A stretch of DNA of 63,602 bases, the filler included, from Craspedostauros australis (lineage: Eukaryota): NCBI GenBank assembly GCA_030167865.1. It is 10 parts of 10 records of this genome, joined end to end, with 100 filler letters (N's around TTAATTAATTAA, not from the genome) between each part and the next. Parts side by side here need not be neighbours in the genome. Positions count along the whole stretch, not along the records: positions 34,170 to 40,857 come from JALAGF010005713.1; positions 40,958 to 42,717 come from JALAGF010005714.1; positions 42,818 to 54,884 come from JALAGF010005715.1; 7 more parts are not named here. The stretch is one strand, 5' to 3'. Made by a program: the position numbers and the translations under genes. The notes below the pieces were generated by a model. It worked only from the letters and a program-made list of their open reading frames with translations, made no database searches and was not told where the DNA came from. Within the stretch, counting starts at the first letter, position 1. Every line of letters begins with the position of its first letter. Shown here one piece after another: positions 36,965 to 48,792 of the stretch.

Positions 36965-37569
36965 CGTTTCAATCCTGCTCGGCCTGCTCTGACTCTTCTT
37001 GGTCCGTTTGCTTCTATTTTTCCTTTTGTCCTAATCCACTCTCTCATCTATTCTTATGACGCTCTTCTATCCTCCGAGATCGATCTTGGTCCTCGGTCCT
37101 CGAGAAGTCAAGTGAGCAACAACGACACAATGACAACGATATCCAGAATGATTTTGGGCCTACGTTGTGCAGGTTTTTCACGTGACCGGAGGTGTTGGGG
37201 GTGAAACCTGTCTGTTCTGAAAAATTATGTCCGTGCAGGGCGGTCATCTGCTCAGTGTGGATCCTACTCGTGGTTTGTGCGGTATTGTTTGTGCATCGAC
37301 ACTCATTGTTCGGATTCGGTCAGATCCGTGAATTGGCACTAAATCCGCACATACGTGGCTTGCGTCCCCACGTAAATTGGCGACTGAACGGACGCGCTCA
37401 AAAAGGCTATTCCCAAAGTCGTTTTTTATCCTCTTGCGCCGGCCATCTCGGCTCACGACATGACTCATATTTTAAATTAATAGTAATGGCCAGAGTTGCG
37501 GGAATTGAACCAATTTTATTTCGTGCCTTGTGCCACGATCCTTGTTGTGTCACACCGTTGCCCTGTTTT

Positions 37570-39040
37570 GAGCAAATTCACTAACCAGGTCGTTTTGGAT
37601 GCCAAAGTTCACTAACCAGGTCGTTTTCGTGCCTGACCAATCACAATGGCTGGACTGTTGACAGGCGCGTCCTTGCGACAACGACGAAAATATTAATTTA
37701 GCCGCGAAATACACACGTCAACCGTTTCCCAGTAGAGTAGATTAGAGTAGATTAGAGTAGACGAGACAAGTCGATGATGATGTTGATGAATCCTGTTCTG
37801 TGGAATACGAGTAGAGGGCTAAACCAACTATATTGCATACTGACATCAGCCATTGGCATGTACCTACTTTGGGATGGTCCAGACCCAACTGCGAGGAGTT
37901 TCAGATTACATGTAGTCCAATCCTGCGATACCGTTCCGTTACTGTGCATACAAACGGTCAATCATATTTGATGATACCAACCGCACCACTCCAAGCACAC
38001 TCCCAAGAGTACGGCCATGGAGCCTGCAGTGTTAGAGCCATCTGGAAGTTATCGAATCTATGGATGCTGATACCACACAGTACTGCGTCGGACAAGACTG
38101 CACAGTATGCATCGCCTTGTGCAGTATTATGCATATCGATGTATTGCACAGGCCGTTTTCAGAGATCCAATCAACTGGACAACTCCAAGCGCACTCCAAA
38201 GNNNACGGTCATCGAGTTTGAAGTCCTAGATCCGTTTAGAAGGGATCCAATTCTACGGATGCTGATACCAAGCAGTACGGAATGGTACGCATTGCGCTGT
38301 ACAGCGTTCTGAGCATGTGTGCAGACAAAATGTCAATCATATTCCAATCCAACGCTTCGATGACTCCGAGCCTCCTCCAAAGGTTACGGATATAGAGGTT
38401 GAAGTGATAGATCCATGTGGAAAGGATCGACATCTACGGATCAGGATGTAATGTGATGCTGTACGGTTTGATGCGTAGCTCACAGTACTGCCACACACAG
38501 GATCACATGATATCCAGATCCATCGATATGAGTACCTTCCAGACGGATTAGAGACCTCAAACTTCGTGGCCGTACCCTTTGGAGTGTGCTTGGAGTGATG
38601 CGGTTAATAGAATCAAGTATGCTTGACCTTTTGCATGCACATATAACCAACACAATACACACTGCGACCGAATGGTATCACAGGAACTGACTACATGTGA
38701 TCTGAATCGTTTTCCAGTTGGATGTAGAATGTTCAAGGTAGGTACATGCCAATGGCTGATGTCAGTATGCAATATAGCAGGTCCGACCCTCTGCTCAACA
38801 GCATTCATCAACAACATCATGAACTAGNNNNNNNNNNNNNNNNNNNNNNNNNNNNNNNNNNNNNNNNNNNNNNNNNNNNNNNNNNNNNNNNNNNNNNNNN
38901 NNNNNNNNNNNNNNNNNNNNNNNNNNNNNNNNNNNNNNNNNNNNNNNNNNNNNNNNTTGATCCAATCATCGTGCCAGGCACCAAAACGACCTGGTTAGTG
39001 AACTTTGGCCTCAAAAACGACCTGGTTAGTGAATTTGCTC
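37570..39040. mobile_element. Non-autonomous Mutator-like (MULE) foldback element, 9-bp TSD CCCTGTTTT
   Basis: TIR GAGCAAATTCACTAACCAGGTCGTTTT with a duplicated subunit at both ends. TSD at 37561-37569 and 39041-39049. Long internal inverted arms (about 37770-38020 and 38560-38825). Confidence 0.9.
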
Positions 39041-39091
39041 CCCTGTTTTGGTATTGTATTCAGAAAGTCGTGGATTGCATCTGAATAGAAA

Positions 39092-39873
39092 TGTTGGAAA
39101 TCCGGGGTTATAGATATAGTCTAATGCTTATTAAACTGTACCGTTTTAGAACTGTGAGAACAACACATTCATTTCNNNNNNNNNNNNNNNNNNNNNNNNN
39201 NNNNNNNNNNNNNNNNNNNNNNNNNNNNNNNNNNNNNACAATCTCTCTCCGTCATGTCCATTTCATTGCTCATGACAAGTGCATTTCACCATGCTCAGCT
39301 GTTGAGAGATCAGTCTACACTTCTGAGGTGCATGCATGCCGATGCTCGATTCACTCTCTTCTCATCAGACATCCATCACTCATTCAGTGCACTCTTCCGT
39401 GTTGTTCACTCACTCTTCTCACACGTTCACCGACAATCACACTTGCTCAGAACATGGAGTTCTGGCACGATCAGTCCAGTCCTTCGATGCTGTTCCAGTC
39501 CGCGCTTTGTTCTCCTTCGCTGGTTCTCTGTCAGTCACGTAATCATGTTCTGGGTTCCGAGCGACTCAACTGTGATAGCGCATTTGCATAGATGTTTCAG
39601 GTCAACCGGTGAACCCTCATGCTTGGAACACTTTGGTGTTCCAGTCTCCCTTTCACATCCATCATTCGCCATGCCAGTTCGTCAGTCCCCTCAAAACATG
39701 TCACATCATTAGTCTGTCCGTTGTCCGTCATACTCTTGACACACAGAGGAGGAGGTCCACAATCGACTTGGGAGTGTGTCCGACTTTGTTAGATCGGTCA
39801 GTCTATTTTTGGTATTATGGGAGGTGCGGCAATCTAGGATAACACGACATAGTCGTACCCTCGATTCCTGACA
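39092..39873 (+). mobile_element. Family A element, complete, 6-bp TSD TAGAAA
   Basis: TAGAAA at 39086-39091 and 39874-39879. Both termini conserved. Confidence 0.9.
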
Positions 39874-39970
39874 TAGAAAGACAAACTCTGATTACCCCGG
39901 ATCCCATGACGTCAGAAAAGCAAGTCAGGCGCATGGAAAGGAACCCCTGAGACATGACCAATGACGCCGC

Positions 39971-40464
39971 TGTTGGAAATCCGGGGTACCCCAGTCTCTA
40001 ATAGTAGTCTCTGGTTACCTATTCATGTTATTGCATTGTTGGAACTGTGAGTACAACATCTTCATCTCGTTCAATTCCGTTTGCCAAAGCATACATAATC
40101 CACAGTAGCACACAGTCTTGCCCTTGCTCATGCAGTGCTGTCCTCCTGCTTCATCATGTCATGCAGCATGTACTCCATGTACATCTCATCTTGCAGTATT
40201 GGTGCATCTCATCATGCATCTCAGATATTCCATCATCTGCCCTCTACCAATAGTTTTGTTAGCGTAGACATCGCCGAGTCGTAGGCATCATACAGATCGG
40301 TTCATTCAATCTGATCACGGTCTTCCATTCGTCACGGGAGCACCCTGGATGGGAGCTCATTCAGCTCCCCATCATCACACATCTCCGATCATCTCCGATG
40401 CTTCTCCGATCACTTCACCGATCACTCCACCGGCTTTCTGGAAGTTCGTCATTACTGGTCCGTT
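39971..40464 (+). mobile_element. Family A element (same subfamily as 30841), interrupted by family B
   Basis: Near-identical to 30841-31360 up to GGTCCGTT. Confidence 0.88.
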
Positions 40465-40857
40465 TGTTGGCAAGTTCCGCTCACGATAACCTACGATCAT
40501 GGAAGATGGTGTTGGTTGATAGTCGTTCGTTTGCTATTTCATTATGTTGGCACTCCGATCCTCTCGGTGTCCGTTCGTACTCTTGCCCGATGCTCTCGGC
40601 GCTTCAATCTGTGTCGTAGATTTGGTCTCCGACTATGAGTCGGTACGCGAGATGCTCTCTCGCTCCTCTCTGTATTCTCTCTCTTTCTCTCTCAATATCG
40701 TGTGCTCGTGCCACACGATACTCCGTGCTCGATACGTACTCCGTATTCGACACTCCGTTTATTCAGTACTGGTTCCTACTCCATGAGTACTTACCATTTG
40801 AAGTTCACCTTCTGTATCCATGATGCTGATGCCCTTCGGTCATCGGATCTTCGCCTC
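40465..40857 (+). mobile_element. LTR-like family B copy nested in family A
   Basis: Begins TGTTGGCAAGTTCCGC exactly where homology to the 30841 copy stops. Confidence 0.78.
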
Positions 40858-41842
40858 NNNNNNNNNNNNNNNNNNNNNNNNNNNNNNNNNNNNNNNNNNN
40901 NTTAATTAATTAANNNNNNNNNNNNNNNNNNNNNNNNNNNNNNNNNNNNNNNNNNNNTTCTTCGTTCTTGCATTGCTGTGATGCTCGCCCATTTTGGTTC
41001 CCTTCATTCATCATCGTGCTCCTCTTCGGTTGCCTTTCATCATTTCACATCATCACCCCCTCAGCCTGTCGATTAGCAGTTCTGTGAGCCGTCTTCGTTC
41101 GTCTCTGTATCCTTCACAGGCATCATAGGTGCGATCTGGTTCCCACACATGCACCCCATGACAATGTAGTCACCCTTGTGCTAGTCATCTCGCCACTGTT
41201 CCTGCCTCTCCCCTTTTGCTCTGTGTGTGGCTGTCGAGCCCAGCGTGCCATCTGCATGCATCATTCGTTTCTCCTCGCGGTATACGACTTCTTGTATCCT
41301 CGGTTGCAGCCATTTCCCACAGCAACTCTACTATAGTGTGTACAACGATTCCTACACAAAGATAGCTTCACCAGTCCCATGCACTTCGCTTGCGCGCTCC
41401 CTTTCTTGGATCCGTTGCACTGGTCTGGTCCAAAGCAACACTTGTCAAGCAGCCAGATTGGCTTCCTCCTTGGTGCCTCTGTATTCCTGGGTCCGCACAA
41501 TGTGAAATCACACCTCCAGTATAGTAGCAGTGGCTCATTCAGCACATGCAGTCTCACAGAATCTCGGCATCATTTCTAGAGACATCGTTGGCAACTACGA
41601 CTGTGTGGACACAATGCACCATGCACATACACTCCTCTGCAATTCTGTGTTGGTTCACAGAAGCATGTGTGCTCATTGCCCAAGCATACCATCGCATTGT
41701 TGTGTCGTATCAGTTTTGGGGGGTCACCATTCCAGTGCCTCCATACATCCCCACGTGCTATCCAAATGGCAAGACACATCACTACAACACCAAGGGCTTG
41801 GAATTAAACCTGTATTCTATGAACCACTGTGTTATCTATGCA

Positions 41843-42717
41843 TTAGCTGTTCTGCTCTGGATCTTCCACGAGCGAGGCAACCCAGGTTCTCACCTCCGTT
41901 ATGTTTGCCATTGTCTGGTGAATGTCGAACAAGGGGTTTGTGTGCTGCAACTCCAGTTGTGTTATTGCAGCTACTGAATACATTGCAAGCTGATGCCGCT
42001 CGTGAGCATGGCGCCACTTGTTCTCAAGACACCCCCAATTTTTGAACCTCTTGTGGACGGTCTCATGGCGGGCACGGACAACTCCATTGAAACGAGTGCG
42101 CTCCAAACAACATGCTGCCTCGCCTCTGTAGCCTTTGTCTGTGACGACCTGCTCACCAGGATCCAGTTGCTGTCTGAGGCATTCACGGAAGATGGTGATG
42201 TCTGGGTATTCACCACAAACATAGGGTCCCCGCACCCACACAAGATGCCCGGTCTCAATGCACACACCAGTTTCATATCGAAGCCCAGCATGTCTGAATT
42301 TGTGAGAGTACCAGAGCTTGTTGAATGGTTTTGGTTCAACGATGCAGAAATCCGTTCCATCAACAGACATGAGCTGCTTTTGCATGAGGCTTGGCATTTA
42401 TTTTTTGATCATTTAGGAGTATCTGCAAGTGCAGGGAACAGCATTGGAAGCAAACATCGGAGAGTTGATGATGATGGTGAGTAAGGATGAGGTGTGGAGC
42501 AAATTGCAGCAGTCATCANNNNNNNNNNNNNNNNNNGTTGACTTACAATTTTTGTGCTCAACCTGCCCATCCCTTCCAGCATGATCCATGTCCATTTCAT
42601 CAATGTTTTCCGATCACGGTTGAGTCTCACAGCTAGTGCATCCCATGAGGAGTATTGTTTGAGGAAGGCCATGGCCGAGAGCATGTGCTCCATGCGTGCG
42701 TTGCTTGGGATAAGGTC
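41843..42717 (-). CDS. PIF/Harbinger-IS5-like DDE transposase, 5'-truncated, probable intron about 42415-42547
   Basis: HMLSAMAFLKQY...DRKT..KW.W; SVDGTDF; WYSHKF..AGLRYE; GP..CG..PD..IF; TDKGY; RARHETV.KRFK.W..L. Confidence 0.82.
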
Positions 42718-42942
42718 NNNNNNNNNNNNNNNNNNNNNNNNNNNNNNNNNNNNNNNNNNNNTTAATTAATTAANNNNNNNNNNNNNNNNNNNNNNNNNNN
42801 NNNNNNNNNNNNNNNNNACAAACTTAACTTTGTAAACCATCACTTCAAACAAGCACACACAATAACACAGTTCTATCAACCTTCACCCACATTGGACATA
42901 GCTGTATCATCCCGCAATCACTGTCCTCTGCACCTCACAAGC

Positions 42943-45504
42943 ATGTTGCATGCTGGTGACTGTGTGAAGGTGGCACCCCACCAGCGATCAGGTGGCAAGG
43001 TCCGCGACCTGGGCGTATGCCATGTTGAGTTTGCAATGAAGCTGACTGCCGAAGGCGCTACGATCAAACGCGATGGGCCTCTTGCACCAGGAGAGGTGGC
43101 AATGGTCATGGTGACCCCAGTGATGGGGCAGAGCCGAATGTACNNNNNTCGTGAGGATCTGTGCGCGCCACACAGCCTCGCTACCTTCGCACGGACTCCA
43201 AACGCTGGTGGCCTTGCTAAGCCTTCCCTCCTTTCTCCTCAGCATCGCTCCGTCGCTGCCACGCGTGCCAACAACAAGGCTAAGCCCCCCACACCATCCC
43301 CAACTACCACGGAATCGCAAGAAGCCAACATCGCGGCTTTTCTCGAGCTGGCACGAGAGCACAGGACAGCAGCCATTGCCCGTCTCACGAAGCAGATGGA
43401 GAAAGGCCCAAAAACGAAAGGATGGATGCGAAAGGATGGAGGGCGTAGCAACACTAACACCACCAATAGTAAGAAACAACTTGGCAGAGATGAAAAGCAA
43501 AACTACATCGTTCTCTACTTCAATTTGGGTGCGATCCCAGCCAACACGAAATTGATCGCGCACGCTTGGGATGTTGACCGCACCACTGTTGCCCGGAATA
43601 TCAAGAATTTCCAACAGAACAAGCTGGGACGGAAGAAGCGCAGCGACGCGGGCAACACCATCTTCACGTGCCCCAAGAAGCAACAGCAATACTTCACGCC
43701 GCGTGCCATCTTCACAAAGCAAATGCGGCTTAAACATCCAAGACAACGGTTGACAACTGATGACATCTCTGATGCCTTTGACCATGCTTCTCCTGATGAC
43801 CTGGCATCCGCAAAAGCTCTGTCTGATTCGTGGTTGGAGCGTGGTCCGTTCCTGCAATTTGAGCTCCAGGATGTGTTGCAACGATGCAATGGCGCAATCT
43901 CGTGGGACGATATTGCACGCGAACTAGCAGGAAGGGGCAACGTCCAATGCGTCTGCAAAGACACCATTCGAACGCACGTGATGGGATTGGAGGGCAGCGA
44001 ATACCGTTCTACAACGATGCTCCCCAAGATCAAGGGGGACACGAAGGCAAAGCGCGAGATCTGGGCCAAGGACTTCTGTGTGTTCTGGGAAACAGCAGAG
44101 CAGTTCCCGAATACGCAAGTTGTTGTTGTCCACATGGACGAGAAGTGGTTCTACTCCATTGTCGCTCGCCAGCATCTCAAACATGTGCCCCAGATGGGAG
44201 TTAAGCCTGTTGACCATGCTGTGCACCACAAGTGCCACATTGACAAGACCATGGCAATTGCTTCAACAGCGTTCGCCCCAACAGACAACCGCTTTGATCG
44301 AGGAGGAAAGGCGTATAAGGTCAACTTCGAACGTGTTGGGCGCATGGCTCGAGCGCAGAAGACCACGTACAAGCGAACTTGGGTCTCGGCAACCAAGTAC
44401 AAGCACCTTCCTGATCCCGAGAAAATCTCTCGCAAGAAGGGTGAACTGTACTTCCAACCACTCGAAATCACAGGCAGCAAGGAAACAGATGGTCATCGTG
44501 TTAAGCCCAAGCCGAAGTACAGCCTCAAGAAATTCTTCCGCGAAAAAGAACTCCCCGCACTGGATTCGCTCGCCAGCAAAATCAAGGCCGAAANGGGNAA
44601 GAACGTGGTGATTCGGTACCAGATGGATGGCGCGGGGCCACACAGAGACACGGAACTACTCAGGTTCATCAATGAGGAGTTCGACCGTCGCGGATGGCAC
44701 CTCCGATTCCAACCATCGAATTCTCCCATCACGAATGTGAAAGACGATGCGATATTCCCAGCGATGTCAAAACACGTGTCAGCACATCAAGGTAAGCACT
44801 ACGGGAGTCGCATGTTCACCACCGAGGCGTTGTGGGGTGCTTGTGGAACCTGTTGGGAACAATTTGGGCTGGACAAGGTGGCTCGCGCGTATGTTCGCCA
44901 CCATCAGATCGCCTACGCAATTTGTGCTGCGGAAGGAGGTGACGAATTTGTGACGGAGCGCAAGGGCCTGAGCATGAATGTGCGAAAACAAACGTTCACT
45001 GAAACTGACAAGGACGGCAACGACATCGGCGTTACCGTGTCTCACACGGACTTCGCGTTGGAGGAGGATGAGGCAATCAACGCGACCACCAAGAAACCAA
45101 CCGCAACAGGCAAGAAAGGCAAATCAGCTGGCTTCAAGTACGCCAAGCCCGACATCAAAGGTATGTACGATGATGCCCTCAAGGTGATGGCTGTCAGTGG
45201 ACTGCAGTGCCTGAAAACGAACCTGCCAACAACCAGCAGCCTCATTCCGGTGCTGGAGAAGCAAATCGTTGTGACCGCCAAAGCCAACGAGGAGGCTGAG
45301 CAACAGAAGAAAGGCAAGAAGAAGAAGACGCCCAGCAAGAGCAAAGCCGAGATCATTGAGCCTCACAACAACAACAACAACAACAACAACAACAGCAACA
45401 CCGAGGCAGCACCCACCATGAATACATTCAAAGTGGCCATGTTCGTTGGCAAGACCGAGCATCACAGCAAAGCAGAGCAGGATGCCAACACAGCAGAGGT
45501 GTAG
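42943..45504 (+). CDS. Tc1/mariner-superfamily transposase (DD38D, related to the DD39D clade)
   Basis: VHMDEKWFY (D at 44137), QMDGAGPH (D at 44626), QPSNSP.TNVKD (D at 44743). HTH-like WDVDRTTVAR. Confidence 0.85.
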   Translation: MLHAGDCVKVAPHQRSGGKVRDLGVCHVEFAMKLTAEGATIKRDGPLAPGEVAMVMVTPVMGQSRMYXXREDLCAPHSLATFARTPNAGGLAKPSLLSPQHRSVAATRANNKAKPPTPSPTTTESQEANIAAFLELAREHRTAAIARLTKQMEKGPKTKGWMRKDGGRSNTNTTNSKKQLGRDEKQNYIVLYFNLGAIPANTKLIAHAWDVDRTTVARNIKNFQQNKLGRKKRSDAGNTIFTCPKKQQQYFTPRAIFTKQMRLKHPRQRLTTDDISDAFDHASPDDLASAKALSDSWLERGPFLQFELQDVLQRCNGAISWDDIARELAGRGNVQCVCKDTIRTHVMGLEGSEYRSTTMLPKIKGDTKAKREIWAKDFCVFWETAEQFPNTQVVVVHMDEKWFYSIVARQHLKHVPQMGVKPVDHAVHHKCHIDKTMAIASTAFAPTDNRFDRGGKAYKVNFERVGRMARAQKTTYKRTWVSATKYKHLPDPEKISRKKGELYFQPLEITGSKETDGHRVKPKPKYSLKKFFREKELPALDSLASKIKAEXXKNVVIRYQMDGAGPHRDTELLRFINEEFDRRGWHLRFQPSNSPITNVKDDAIFPAMSKHVSAHQGKHYGSRMFTTEALWGACGTCWEQFGLDKVARAYVRHHQIAYAICAAEGGDEFVTERKGLSMNVRKQTFTETDKDGNDIGVTVSHTDFALEEDEAINATTKKPTATGKKGKSAGFKYAKPDIKGMYDDALKVMAVSGLQCLKTNLPTTSSLIPVLEKQIVVTAKANEEAEQQKKGKKKKTPSKSKAEIIEPHNNNNNNNNNSNTEAAPTMNTFKVAMFVGKTEHHSKAEQDANTAEV

Positions 45505-46793
45505 CTGCAAATCGTAGTAGTAGTAGTAGTATTATTATATGTGTGAGGTACACCTGTGGTTCGAATGGTGGTGTGCGCATCGTCTGCTTGATGGCATGGA
45601 GGATTGTGATGTGATGNNNNNNNNNNNNNNNNNNNNNNNNNNNNNNNNNNNNNNNNNNNNNNNNNNAAGGCAAGAAGAAGAAGACGCCCAGCAAGAGCAA
45701 AGCCGAGATCATTGAGCCTCACAACAACAACAACAACAACAACAACAACAGCAACACCGAGGCAGCACCCACCATGAATACATTCAAAGTGGCCATGTTC
45801 GTTGGCAAGACCGAGCATCACAGCAAAGCAGAGCAGGATGCCAACACAGCAGAGGTGTAGCTGCAAATCGTAGTAGTAGTAGTAGTATTATTATATGTGT
45901 GAGGTACACCTGTGGTTCGAATGGTGGTGTGCGCATCGTCTGCTTGATGGCATGGAGGATTGTGATGTGATGTGTTGTGTTTGAGTTTTTTTGTGTTTTG
46001 TGATGAGTGATGTGATTTTTGCCACGAGGACCGTTATTTTTGTGTTGTGAATGGTGTGCGTTGTGTTGCGGCGCAACTGGTGTGCGCCGCGCAGCCGTCA
46101 CGTTGTGCCGCGGAGCAAGGGTCACGTGCTGCGAGACGCACTCACATCTTGTGGTGTGAGTGGTTTTGCATGACGTCGAATCCGTCATATGACGTAGAAG
46201 ACGGATCATAGGGAGACAACATGAAATAGCTCTAAATGTACAATCACCGTTGCTCCCAAAAGCAAGCAAACCAGTGGCAACAAGGGGCCAAAAACTCTAC
46301 AACTAGCGTTATCGTTTGGGGTATTTTACATTCTCTGCAGCTAGTACGTGCGCACCCTACTGCGTCGAAAAAAAGTTGTCAGAATTCTCGTGATTCGCTT
46401 GGCACATTCGAGAACTGTTGTCAGAACCCTCGACTCATTCGAGCTCTTTCCAAAGATCTTGTCGTCTGCACTTCATCAGTCCTGGCCTCTTCCGCAATCT
46501 TCATGTCTGCATCCATGTTCGCACGTGGAACATCACTACGAAACTGGCAAGAAAGGTGGGTTTGGAGTTGGCCATGGTCGCTGCCTCGTCCACATCTTTG
46601 TTGCCGAACCGACGGCATCAACAACTTCCTTGTTTCTGTGCAGACGGCTGAGAGCAACACACACACATAGAGAGAGAGAGAGAGAGAGAGCGAGGGGATA
46701 GTACAGAAACGCAGAGCTCAACAAGATAGATAGATAGATAGATAGATAGATTGATTGATTCACGGCGACTATCCCAACACTCAGCCACTCACA

Positions 46794-48654
46794 ATGACAG
46801 AATCCGCCGAAACCGCGATCCTGAAGCACCTGTCGACGGCGGCGGATGCCGTGATTGAAGACACCTTCCCATGGGCAGCCTCGATCAAGGTCGACCACAC
46901 GGCCGTCGTGGGAGCCATCAAGTCGCTGCTCGTGGAGGCCTACGTCAAGTCGGAGGATCTGTCCACCAGCTTCTACGCGCTCACGAAGGAAGGGGAGAGC
47001 ATCCTGCAGAACGGATCGCAGGAGATGCTGGTGCTCAAGGCCTTGGTGGAGGCAGGCAAGCTCTCCATGCCCGATCTGCAGACCAAGGTGGGCAAGAACG
47101 TCGCCAAGGTGGGCATGGGCAACGCCATGAAGAAGAAGTGGATCAAGAAGGATGGTGCCGACCTCATTCCTCAGAAGACGCTGGACGAAGTCTCAGACGA
47201 TGTGCAGGCATTGCTCAAGAAGCTCTCCGATGCCAACTTTGCGGTTGACGCCATTCCAGAGAAGGTAAGTCTCCTTGGATTGTGTTCAGTTGCAGTCAGC
47301 TGCAGTCAGCTCCATATGATGTGGGCAGTCAGCTGCATATGATGTGCATGCGCATGTGATGGTGTGACGGTGTGATTGCATGTCGCAGCAATCTGTGGTG
47401 GGTCGATGCATTCAGGTTTTGGAAGTGAGGCTCCCAGAATCGAATGGAGCTGTCTTCCTCTTCCTCCATCATTCTTCAGTGATGCTCCACTCTTTTCCCT
47501 CTTCTTGCGAGCAGAACAAACCCACGAATCTCACAACATATGGTCACCATGATCATCTGCCTCGACCCGACCCTGCTCTTCACAATTGCACCGCCATTGA
47601 TGACACTTCGCAGGAGGCCAAGGACCTCAAGAAGCGCAAACAACTCACTCTGGTCACCAGAAAGTCCTACAAGGTCACTCGCGGCGACAGCTACGCACCA
47701 ACCCGTGTCAAGAAGGCCGGAGACTTGACCAAGGAGATGCTTGATAGCGGAGCGTGGAAGACGACCGACTTCAAGGATTACAACTTCCTCACGCTCGGCG
47801 AGAAGGTCGGCGGAGGCTACCACCACCCGCTGCTCAAGGTCCGCGCCGAATTCAGAAAGATCCTCATGGAGATGGGATTCAGCGAAATGCCAACCAACAA
47901 GTGGGTGGAAAGCTCCTTCTGGAACTTCGACTCCCTCTTCCAGCCGCAGTCACATCCAGCGCGTGATGCCCACGACACATTCTTCATCAAGGAACCAGCC
48001 GCGACGGTCAGCGTGCCGGAGGAGTATTACGAGCGGGTCAAGACGATGCACGAGGTCGGAGGGTCGGGATCCATCGGGTACAGATACGACTTCAAGAAGG
48101 AGGAGGCCTTCAAGAATCTTCTCAGAACGCACACCACAGCGATCTCATCCCAGATGCTCTACAAGCTCGCCAACCAGCCAGGTGGATTCAAGCCGGCGCG
48201 TTACTTCTCCATCGACCGCGTCTTCCGTAACGAGACCATGGATGCCACGCACTTGTGCGAATTCCATCAAGTCGAAGGCCTTGTGGCCGACTACAACCTC
48301 TCCCTCGGCGACCTCATCGGCACCATCGAGACCTTCTTCAAGAAGATTGGCATCACGAAATTGCGTTTCAAGCCAGCCTTCAATCCATACACCGAGCCCT
48401 CGATGGAGGTCTTCGGATACCACCCTGACCTCAAGAAGTGGACCGAGATTGGCAACTCTGGAATGTTCCGACCGGAAATGCTTGCGCCCATGGGTCTGCC
48501 GGAAGACGTCCGCGTCATCGCATGGGGCTTATCGTTGGAGCGCCCGACCATGATCAAATACCGCATCAAGAATATCCGCGATCTCTTCGGGCACAAGGTC
48601 GAGATGGCCCGAACCAGAACAGCCCCAGTCTGCCGTTTCGATCACGTGCAGTAG
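46794..48654 (+). CDS. FARSA: Cytosolic phenylalanyl-tRNA synthetase alpha subunit (intron 47265-47613)
   Basis: [88 protein letters not shown]...CAG phase-0 intron. Confidence 0.97.
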
Positions 48655-48792
48655 ACAGACGCAGCACAACCGATGCTCATTGGATGCGGAGGAATAATGC
48701 ATGATTGATAGGATGGATACGATACAGATATTCTTAGAGTAGTGTACTCGTACGTATTATATGTACTCATCAACAATCGGTCTTCCTCGTAC

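Noticed and set aside
45311..45975. Apparent tandem duplication of the mariner 3' end (similarly 9868-10015, 33376-33678, 55666-56089, 59819-60419)
   Set aside because: Identical sequence on both sides of an N-gap; most likely unmerged contig overlaps.
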